Made by a program: the position numbers and the translations under genes. A model generated the notes under the pieces. That model was given only the letters and a program-made list of their open reading frames with translations. It did no database searches and was not told the origin of the DNA. Shown here in pieces: positions 50,501 through 56,491 of a DNA stretch of 64,000 nt (within the stretch, counting starts at the first letter, position 1; each line of letters opens with the position of its first letter). Source of the DNA: a virus (taxonomy: Duplodnaviria > Caudoviricetes); the IMG/VR virus record IMGVR_UViG_3300027708_000013; one strand, written 5' to 3'.

Positions 50501-51787
50501 ATGCAAAAAATTGAACACACCTCCCATGCAGGTTTTACCTATGAGCCTAACAAAAAATTAGGTTATTATCTAGTGGACAAGGAAGTTTACTACAACAAAA
50601 TACAAGCACTGATTGCAGCTTCAAAAAAGAATATACCAATAAGATGGTTTTTTAACGAAGATGTATTTGTTAAATATCCCTGGCACATAGAACCTGAAGA
50701 AAACTTGCGAGAATTATATTGTCGACGTGCTCAACAATTACGTGATCAATACGACTACATTAGATTAGAGCTCAGTGGTGGTGCCGATAGTACCACTGTG
50801 GCCTATAGCTTTTTACTTAATAATATACATTTAGATGAGGTGGTGTTTCGATATCCCAAGACCGGTGACAAAGATGCATCCGGAGATCCGTCTAATACTC
50901 TGACCGAAAACACACTGAGCGAATGGGAGTTTGCGGCAAAGCCCTTGTTAAATTGGATTGCCACCAATTATCCCAAAACAAAAATCACCGTACATGACTA
51001 CAGTGAAGATATGATTACCGACGTCAACACCAAAGATGAATCATGGATTTTTCAAACCAGGCATTATTTACAGCCTAGTCATGCTAACAAATATAAACAT
51101 ATTATTAACAATAAAAATATTGCCGATCAAACACATAAAATGTGTGTAATTTATGGCATAGATAAACCTAAAATATTTGTTAGGGACAATAAAGTTTTTT
51201 TATATTTTTCAGATGGATTAACTAACCACAGTAATCAAGTAGTCGACGAGTATACTAATATTACCAACGAATTTTTTTATTGGACTCCAGATTTTCCCGA
51301 ACTAATAGCTAAACAAGCACACGAAATAAAACGTTGGTTTAGTCTTCCGCATAATCAACAAATGCAGGGAATACTACAATGGCCCAACAATGATGTTGCC
51401 AAACGTACTTTATACGAGTTGTTGGTAAAACGTATTGTGTATCCTGATTACGATTTTCATACATTCCAAACTGCAAAGCCCACCACTAATATATCCTGTA
51501 AAATGGATTATTGGTTTCACATTAATTTTAAAGATACTAAACTATATTCGGTTTGGGAATCTGGAATTAAATATTTTCTAGATAATATAGATACAAAATA
51601 TGTATGTTTAATAAACGGAAACCCAGATGAAATACAGTCATTTCAAAGTCCGTATTACTACATTGGAGATAGTATCATCGAGCAATCTAATAAGGGATTT
51701 AACACAAAATCCATATTGTTAGATCAACATCCAGACTCTACTAAAAAACATAGATATGTTATTAACGGCCAATTGGTAGTTTATTAA
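50501..51787 (+). CDS. PP-loop protein, paralogue 2 (tandem duplicate)
   Basis: LELSGGADS; long near-identical DNA blocks shared with paralogue 1. Confidence 0.75.
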   Translation: MQKIEHTSHAGFTYEPNKKLGYYLVDKEVYYNKIQALIAASKKNIPIRWFFNEDVFVKYPWHIEPEENLRELYCRRAQQLRDQYDYIRLELSGGADSTTVAYSFLLNNIHLDEVVFRYPKTGDKDASGDPSNTLTENTLSEWEFAAKPLLNWIATNYPKTKITVHDYSEDMITDVNTKDESWIFQTRHYLQPSHANKYKHIINNKNIADQTHKMCVIYGIDKPKIFVRDNKVFLYFSDGLTNHSNQVVDEYTNITNEFFYWTPDFPELIAKQAHEIKRWFSLPHNQQMQGILQWPNNDVAKRTLYELLVKRIVYPDYDFHTFQTAKPTTNISCKMDYWFHINFKDTKLYSVWESGIKYFLDNIDTKYVCLINGNPDEIQSFQSPYYYIGDSIIEQSNKGFNTKSILLDQHPDSTKKHRYVINGQLVVY

Positions 51788-51788
51788 C

Positions 51789-51878
51789 TGGCGGAGAGTG
51801 TGAGATTCGAACTCACGATACAGTTGCCCATATGTCTGCTTAGTAGGCAGATGCCATCGTCCACTCGGCCAACTCTCC
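51789..51878 (-). tRNA. tRNA-Ser(ACT)
   Basis: Class II cloverleaf, stem TCTGC/GCAGA, loop CT-ACT-AA, G73, CCA. Confidence 0.85.
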
Positions 51879-51888
51879 TGAAGTTGTT

Positions 51889-52092
51889 TTACACTTCTAC
51901 TGTGCCGTTTTGTATGGCCAACAGGGTTGAAATCAATGCATCGCTGTGTTGCAGTTCTGCACGATCTGCTGTTCTTTTATAAAGTGTTCTAGATTGTTGT
52001 GTGGCCGACAATATCATGTCGTATCTATTGCCGCCGGCGATTCTAACACATTTTTCAATATCAATTTCAGTGCCTCTGCTGATTGGTTTCAT
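51889..52092 (-). CDS. RNA polymerase omega subunit (RpoZ)-like protein
   Basis: IEKCVRIAGGNRYDMILSATQQSR...ALISTLLAIQNG resembles the omega NRYxLVL...AL.EI..G pattern; AAGGA RBS. Confidence 0.6.
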   Translation of the reverse strand: MKPISRGTEIDIEKCVRIAGGNRYDMILSATQQSRTLYKRTADRAELQHSDALISTLLAIQNGTVEV

Positions 52093-52118
52093 ACTGTTCC
52101 TTGTTCAAGTTGATTGAA

Positions 52119-52403
52119 GTACAACAGTTTGGGTACATGTATTTGCTTTACAACCGTGGACTGCTTGCCTTTGGAGAGCTACTCCTCTCGGCTTTGCAGA
52201 CAAGTACCACCACCGTGCAAGCGGCTAAATGTCAACAAGTTTCAACAGACTCTCGGACGTTTCCATGGCTTTTAAATTCTGGTGCCGCTTCGGGAATACC
52301 CGATATTGCACAATTTTCGAGCGACTCAAAGTCTTGCAATGCCACGTACTGCGCCTACCACTGGTATCAAACGGGCGTCACCCCTGTACCCAAACTGTTG
52401 TAC
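52119..52403 (-). ncRNA. Unknown multibranched structured RNA (about 285 nt)
   Basis: Perfect 19-bp terminal inverted repeat enclosing several hairpins; strand inferred from context. Confidence 0.6.
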
Positions 52404-52447
52404 TCTAGTTACTAGTGTAACATCTATCGCAATATGTGTCTAGCGTT

Positions 52448-52555
52448 TTTGATGGTTTTTGAGTCGGGAAAACCGTCAAACCCGGTGTCAACAGCCCATC
52501 CCCGGTTTCGTTGACAGCGGATGCTGATTAACAACCTTGCGGTGCGGGGTCAGCA
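52448..52555 (-). ncRNA. Unknown structured RNA with pseudoknot potential
   Basis: Three helices plus complementary loops. Confidence 0.5.
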
Positions 52556-52561
52556 ACAACT

Positions 52562-52636
52562 TGGTGGGCCAGGAAAGAATTGAACTTTCACTCCTTCGGT
52601 TATGAGCCGAACGCTTTACCATTAAGCTACTAGCCC
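52562..52636 (-). tRNA. tRNA(CAT), probably Ile2 (lysidine type)
   Basis: Loop CT-CAT-AA, GGGCTAG acceptor, A73, CCA. Confidence 0.8.
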
Positions 52637-52642
52637 GTTCGA

Positions 52643-53248
52643 TTACATTGCAGGACCGTTTCCGGACTTAAAACCTACACTACCACCCTCTGCTTCAATG
52701 CGAGCAATAACATCTTCAAACAAGATAGGAGCAAAGTCTGGAAGTTGTTCTACGCAAACGCAGTGGTATCTAACATCAATCTCATCGCTGTACAGAATTT
52801 CTCCTGTTCTAGCATCAATACCACGTGGTTTCATAACACGATTTGCGTGAGTATGTCCGTGAATGTTAACTCCGAATCGACCTAAACTATCACTGTGCAA
52901 CGGAATATGACTGAGAATCATCCCGTCCATCACATGGTAGGCACGTAATTCTCTAAAGTACTGTCTGTACTCGTCGTCCCTAAAGATATCATGGTTACCG
53001 CGGATCAACACCTTGTCACCGTTGAGTCTAGCCAATGTGGCCAATGCCCGACGGTTGATGACTACATCGCCCAAGTGATAAATCTTATCTGTGGGCTTAA
53101 CTCTTTCGTTCCAAGACTTGACCATGGCTTCGTCCATTTCATCTGGATCAGTCCAAGGACGCAGTTTTGTGACACCATCGTTACGTGTGAAGCGACATAC
53201 ACCTGCGTGTCCAAAGTGTGTATCGCTGACTAAAAATACTGCGGGCAT
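52643..53248 (-). CDS. Calcineurin-like metallophosphoesterase
   Basis: SDTHFGH, HLGDV, RGNHD, HGHTH; AAGGAG RBS; promoter TTGACC-17-TATAAT at 53271-53299. Confidence 0.88.
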   Translation of the reverse strand: MPAVFLVSDTHFGHAGVCRFTRNDGVTKLRPWTDPDEMDEAMVKSWNERVKPTDKIYHLGDVVINRRALATLARLNGDKVLIRGNHDIFRDDEYRQYFRELRAYHVMDGMILSHIPLHSDSLGRFGVNIHGHTHANRVMKPRGIDARTGEILYSDEIDVRYHCVCVEQLPDFAPILFEDVIARIEAEGGSVGFKSGNGPAM

Positions 53249-53301
53249 ATTCAACTCCTTTCTTTACAATATTATAACATGTTTGTGATTGCGGGTCAAT
53301 G

Positions 53302-53379
53302 TGGAAGTGAGAGTCGGATTCGAACCGACGGGTTGACAGCTTTGCAGGCTGTTGCATTGGACCACTCTGCCATCTCACT
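53302..53379 (-). tRNA. tRNA-Cys(GCA)
   Basis: Loop CT-GCA-AA, U73, CCA. Confidence 0.92.
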
Positions 53380-53387
53380 ACAGTTTT

Positions 53388-53461
53388 TGGCGAATCCCCA
53401 GGGAGTCGAACCCCGGCCGTCAGTTTTGGAGACTGAAATGCTACCGTAACACTTGGGACTC
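53388..53461 (-). tRNA. tRNA-Trp(CCA)
   Basis: Loop CT-CCA-AA, CCA. Confidence 0.92.
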
Positions 53462-53466
53462 ATTAT

Positions 53467-53540
53467 TGGAGCGGAATACCAGAATCGAACTGGTGACTAG
53501 ACGTTGGCAACGTTTCGTTTTACCATTAAACTAATCCCGC
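53467..53540 (-). tRNA. tRNA-Gly(GCC)
   Basis: Loop TT-GCC-AA, U73, CCA. Confidence 0.9.
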
Positions 53541-53558
53541 ATGTTATTACTTATAGTG

Positions 53559-53634
53559 TGGCGCTCTCGACCGGATTCGAACCGGTGTACTCACCGTGAA
53601 AGGGTGATGTCCTAGGCCTCTAGACGACGGGAGC
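53559..53634 (-). tRNA. tRNA-Glu(TTC)
   Basis: Loop CT-TTC-AC, CCA. Confidence 0.92.
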
Positions 53635-53641
53635 ATAAAAC

Positions 53642-53756
53642 TGGTGTTTGTGTTTGGCGCTTGAATCCACGGCAACCCTGACTCTTCATGGCCGGTCCTG
53701 ACACGTGGTCGACTTTGGTCAGTATTTCGGTGTTCCATTGTAGTTGCTACACAAAC
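53642..53756 (-). ncRNA. tRNA-like RNA with acceptor stem and CCA but no normal anticodon arm
   Basis: GTTTGTG/CACAAAC-A-CCA ends; TTCAAGC pseudo T-loop; internal GCAAC/GTTGC helix. Confidence 0.55.
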
Positions 53757-53776
53757 ATAATCTTGACAAGATACTC

Positions 53777-53850
53777 TGAAGCGGGGGCTGGATTCGAACC
53801 AACGACCTTCAGGTTATGAGCCTGGCATGCTACCGCTACACTACCCCGCA
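53777..53850 (-). tRNA. tRNA-Met(CAT), initiator-like
   Basis: T1:T72 mismatch, GCGGGG acceptor like fMet; 3' end TCA, not CCA. Confidence 0.8.
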
Positions 53851-53884
53851 TCAGAATATCCTATTTCTCTCTTACGCATAGACT

Positions 53885-54130
53885 TTAATCAAATGGTATT
53901 GGTTTTTCTGGTGTTGCTATCAACTCTTCTACTACAAATACGTCAAAATTCTTTTCATCTTCTGGATGTTTTATACAGTCCACAAACCATCCAAACTTAT
54001 AACGCCAATGATAAAATTGTCCTTCATCGGCGTTCCAACGAGCCTCTGTGGCATTACGGCATTGACCACGATAGTAAGCACCGTGGATCAAATCCTGTCG
54101 AGCAATCTTTGCCTGATATTGATCTTCCAT
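53885..54130 (-). CDS. Phage hypothetical protein (start revised to MEDQYQ)
   Basis: AAGGA RBS before ATG at 54130; GAYYRGQCRNATEARW. Confidence 0.7.
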   Translation of the reverse strand: MEDQYQAKIARQDLIHGAYYRGQCRNATEARWNADEGQFYHWRYKFGWFVDCIKHPEDEKNFDVFVVEELIATPEKPIPFD

Positions 54131-54149
54131 TATATTTTCCTTGTTGCTG

Positions 54150-54390
54150 TGTAGGCTCCGGCCACTTGCTGTCATACAAGCCCCGGAGTGGAATTCATCG
54201 TTAGCCATGTTCTCAGTCTGTAATGGCAGACAGTGTTGACCGATCAGGGCAATCAACCACCCACTTGCGTCAGCAGAGCAAGTTACCCCCGATTCAAAGC
54301 TCGGCAACTTATGACAAAACTTGGCCGGCCCCACTAGTGGGATACCATTTAAACTGGGCTGTCTTTTCGCGTTATATCCCAGTACCATGA
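54150..54390 (-). ncRNA. Unknown structured RNA or 5' leader
   Basis: Long-range helices CCGGCCA/TGGCCGG and TGTCATA/TATGACA enclosing three hairpins. Confidence 0.5.
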
Positions 54391-54392
54391 CT

Positions 54393-54467
54393 TGGCGGTC
54401 TCAAGGAGTAACGATCTCCTTCTTCAGCAGTGACAGTGCTGTGTGCGTCCATGAACACTTTGAGACC
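54393..54467 (-). tRNA. tRNA-Asp(GTC), non-canonical T-loop
   Basis: Loop CT-GTC-AC; T-loop ATCGTTA; CCA. Confidence 0.85.
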
Positions 54468-54556
54468 CAAATTAGTGACCCGGTTCGTAAACAGTATTGA
54501 TTGATTTACAGGGGCGTCAGGCCTCCAATGGACTTTTTAGGGTGCCAATTCTTTTG

Positions 54557-54657
54557 ACTATATTGAAACACACTGTTGAGATTTCACTTTTCAAGTCAGG
54601 GTCCGGATGACCAAGCGCCGCTTCTCGCAGGTAGAAAACAATGTGCTTCAATATAGT
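54557..54657 (-). ncRNA. Long-stem RNA element with AGTGAAATC motif
   Basis: About 20-bp closing stem CTATATTGAAGCACATTGTT/AACAGTGTGTTTCAATATAG plus two inner hairpins. Confidence 0.55.
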
Positions 54658-54658
54658 A

Positions 54659-54796
54659 TGTTTGTGGTAAGGATTCGCACCTTACACCACGGTTGCCCTA
54701 AATTACTCGATGATAGTCTCAACCAGTGCGGCCGCACCTTCGAGTAGTTCCACCTTTCACCCAACCGTATATACCTGTCTCTTATACGACACAAAC
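54659..54796 (-). ncRNA. tRNA-like cloverleaf with a large insertion in the anticodon loop
   Basis: GTTTGTG/CACAAAC acceptor, GTATA/TATAC D-arm, GGTTG/CAACC stem, GTAAGG-TGCGAAT-CCTTAC T-arm. Confidence 0.55.
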
Positions 54797-54800
54797 TTAC

Positions 54801-54921
54801 CATATTAAAACTATATCAATATCTTCCTTCTCTGACAAGAAGGCGTTTCGCAGTGTGTCAGCACCACCGAATGTTGACTCCGATCAGGAGTATGGCACCC
54901 GTCGATATAATTTTAATATAG
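54801..54921 (-). ncRNA. Long-stem RNA element
   Basis: Imperfect 20-bp inverted repeat enclosing hairpins CTCCTGATCGGAG and CCTTCTTGTCAGAGAAGG. Confidence 0.45.
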
Positions 54922-54955
54922 CGCCTTTCACAAGGCTTATATTTTGCTACTTGAT

Positions 54956-54967
54956 TTGTTAAAGAAC
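54956..54967 (-). promoter_or_regulatory. rrn-type boxA antitermination element
   Basis: GTTCTTTAACAA, one mismatch from rrn boxA GCTCTTTAACAA, just after a promoter. Confidence 0.65.
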
Positions 54968-54989
54968 TGTAATTTCTTACTATACATGT

Positions 54990-55018
54990 ATTATACGGTA
55001 TTGTGAATTACCAGTCAA
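54990..55018 (-). promoter_or_regulatory. Internal sigma70 promoter of the tRNA array
   Basis: TTGACT-17 bp-TATAAT. Confidence 0.85.
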
Positions 55019-55051
55019 CCAAAATACTGTTGCATATTTACAACAAATTAT

Positions 55052-55143
55052 TGGCGGAAGGCAGAAGAGTCGAACTCCATCCCCGTTAGGAGAACCTGGT
55101 TTTCAAGGCCAGTCGCAGGACCATCCCCGCTGCATTACCTTCC
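55052..55143 (-). tRNA. tRNA-Ser(TGA), 8/4 allo-tRNA-like fold
   Basis: Acceptor GGAAGGTA/TGCCTTCC (8 bp), T-stem GGAG/CTTC (4 bp), long V-arm, G73, CCA. Confidence 0.8.
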
Positions 55144-55149
55144 ATGTCT

Positions 55150-55234
55150 TGGTGGGAATGGTGAGACTCGAACTCACACGCCTTGCGGCGGCGGCTTCTA
55201 AAACCGCTTCGGCTACCAGTTACGACACATTCCC
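55150..55234 (-). tRNA. tRNA-Leu(TAG)
   Basis: Class II, loop TT-TAG-AA, A73. Confidence 0.9.
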
Positions 55235-55240
55235 GTTGTT

Positions 55241-55316
55241 TGGGGTGCTGTATGGGACTCGAACCCATACTACGAGATCCACAATCTCGGGTGCTAACCG
55301 TTACACTAACGGCACC
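55241..55316 (-). tRNA. tRNA-His(GTG)
   Basis: G-1:C73, loop TT-GTG-GA. Confidence 0.92.
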
Positions 55317-55325
55317 ACGGTTCTT

Positions 55326-55400
55326 TGGTCCGGCCAGGAAGAATCGAACTTCCGTTTAGAGATTAGAAGTCTCCTGTATTTTCCACTATACGATGGCCAG
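55326..55400 (-). tRNA. tRNA-Arg(TCT)
   Basis: Loop CT-TCT-AA, CCA. Confidence 0.9.
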
Positions 55401-55401
55401 T

Positions 55402-55486
55402 TGGTACGAGGGGAGAGATTCGAACTCTCATGCCTAACGGCGTCGGTGCTTAAAACCGGTGCGGCTACCTGTTTCGCCACCCTCGT
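55402..55486 (-). tRNA. tRNA-Leu(TAA)
   Basis: Class II, loop TT-TAA-GC. Confidence 0.88.
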
Positions 55487-55492
55487 ATTGTT

Positions 55493-55566
55493 TGGTGCTC
55501 TTACCTGGTAACGATCCAGATTTTCCGCCTTACCAAGACGGTGTAATGCCTTTATACTATAAGAGC
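55493..55566 (-). tRNA. tRNA-Thr(GGT), non-canonical T-loop
   Basis: Loop TT-GGT-AA; T-loop ATCGTTA. Confidence 0.87.
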
Positions 55567-55567
55567 T

Positions 55568-55641
55568 TGGCAGGGGTACTAGGACTTGAACCTAGAACGA
55601 CACAGTCAAAGTGTGTTGTGTTACCATTACACTATACCCCA
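55568..55641 (-). tRNA. tRNA-Gln(TTG)
   Basis: Loop CT-TTG-AC, U1-A72, G73. Confidence 0.92.
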
Positions 55642-55647
55642 ATTGTT

Positions 55648-55721
55648 TGGTAGGCCCGGAAGGTAATGCTCCTTCTTTTGCGGATTAAAAGTCCGCTACT
55701 TTACTTTTAAGTTACAAGCCC
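55648..55721 (-). tRNA. tRNA-Lys(TTT), non-canonical T-loop
   Basis: Loop CT-TTT-AA; T-loop AGCATTA. Confidence 0.85.
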
Positions 55722-55727
55722 ATAATA

Positions 55728-55804
55728 TGGCCGGCCCTGACGGATTCGAACCGCCAACTGCTGGTTTCGAAGACCAGAACTCTATCCAATTGAGCTAAGG
55801 GCCG
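55728..55804 (-). tRNA. tRNA-Arg(TCG)
   Basis: Loop CT-TCG-AA, CCA. Confidence 0.92.
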
Positions 55805-55809
55805 ATGTT

Positions 55810-55883
55810 TGGTACCCATGGGTGGAATTGAACCACCGTCGCTGCGTTATCAACACAGAGCTAAACCACTCAGCTACACGGGT
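55810..55883 (-). tRNA. tRNA-Ile(GAT)
   Basis: Loop TT-GAT-AA, A73. Confidence 0.9.
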
Positions 55884-55884
55884 A

Positions 55885-55960
55885 TGGTAGGAGATACCAG
55901 GTTCGAACTGATGACATTCTGTGTGTAAGACAGACGCTCTACCAACTGAGCTAATCTCCT
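55885..55960 (-). tRNA. tRNA-Val(TAC)
   Basis: Loop CT-TAC-AC. Confidence 0.92.
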
Positions 55961-55966
55961 ATTGTA

Positions 55967-56041
55967 TGGTCGGAGTAGAAAGAATCGAACTTTCGAAATC
56001 TCGCTCCCAAAGCGAGTGACATACCACTTGCCGATACTCCG
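55967..56041 (-). tRNA. tRNA-Pro(TGG)
   Basis: CGGAGTA acceptor, loop TT-TGG-GA. Confidence 0.92.
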
Positions 56042-56048
56042 ATAAAAC

Positions 56049-56131
56049 TGGTGCTGGAGGTGAGACTCGAACTCACGTAGGTTTCCCGACGGCTTACAAA
56101 ACCGTTGCAATTGCCGCTATGCGACTCCAGC
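56049..56131 (-). tRNA. tRNA-Thr(TGT) with an extended variable arm
   Basis: Stem ACGGT/GCCGT, loop TT-TGT-AA, variable region CGGGAAACCTAC. Confidence 0.8.
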
Positions 56132-56143
56132 GTTGAATTAATT

Positions 56144-56235
56144 TGGCAGTGAGTGTGGGATTTGAACCCACGGTACGTATTTCTACATACAACACCTTAG
56201 CAGGGTGCCGATTTAAGCCACTCATCCAACTCACT
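56144..56235 (-). tRNA. tRNA-Ser(GCT)
   Basis: Class II, loop CT-GCT-AA, G73. Confidence 0.92.
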
Positions 56236-56244
56236 ATAATTTTT

Positions 56245-56319
56245 TGGTGGAAATAGGTAGATTCGAACTACCGACCTGCGCCGTATGAAGGCGATGCACT
56301 ACCGCTGTGCTATATTTCC
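56245..56319 (-). tRNA. tRNA-Met(CAT), elongator-like
   Basis: Loop TT-CAT-AC, paired 1-72. Confidence 0.85.
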
Positions 56320-56321
56320 AA

Positions 56322-56395
56322 TGGAGCGGGATGAGAGAATCGAACTCTCAACTGGAGATTGGAAATCTCTAATTTTACCATTAAACTAATCCCGC
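56322..56395 (-). tRNA. tRNA-Gly(TCC)
   Basis: Loop TT-TCC-AA, U73. Confidence 0.9.
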
Positions 56396-56401
56396 ACGGT
56401 T

Positions 56402-56485
56402 TGGTGGAGAATACTGGGATCGAACCAGTCGTGCCTGCGGCGCCGGATTTACAGTCCAGTGCATCACCATTGATGCTTCTTCTCC
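56402..56485 (-). tRNA. tRNA-Tyr(GTA)
   Basis: Class II, loop CT-GTA-AA. Confidence 0.92.
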
Positions 56486-56491
56486 GTTACA

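Noticed and set aside
49078-51787. Lasso-peptide cluster (asparagine-synthetase-like cyclase)
   Set aside because: No transglutaminase-like B protein, RRE or plausible precursor peptide nearby.
51789-51878. Amber suppressor (CUA) reading of the CTACTAA loop, implying stop-codon recoding
   Set aside because: The 5-bp stem fixes a 7-nt loop with ACT at positions 34-36, and genes read through normally in code 11 with TAG used as a stop.
52119-54921. tmRNA, RNase P RNA, hammerhead ribozyme or group I intron among the structured RNAs
   Set aside because: I found no tmRNA GGGG...UCCACCA ends with a G3-U pair, no complete P4 (GAGGAAAGUCC with GGCUUA), no CUGANGA/GAAA core and no ordered P/Q/R/S set on the transcribed strand; a cmscan is still advisable.
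54956-54967. rRNA operon implied by boxA
   Set aside because: No 16S, 23S or 5S sequence in the window.
55052-55143. Selenocysteine tRNA
   Set aside because: The anticodon is UGA (reads UCA, Ser), not UCA; the fold is 8/4 rather than 8/5; no sel genes are in the window.
56049-56131. Second tRNA-Tyr(GTA)
   Set aside because: A GTA anticodon would need an asymmetric loop; stem pairing centres TGT, and a canonical Tyr exists at 56402.
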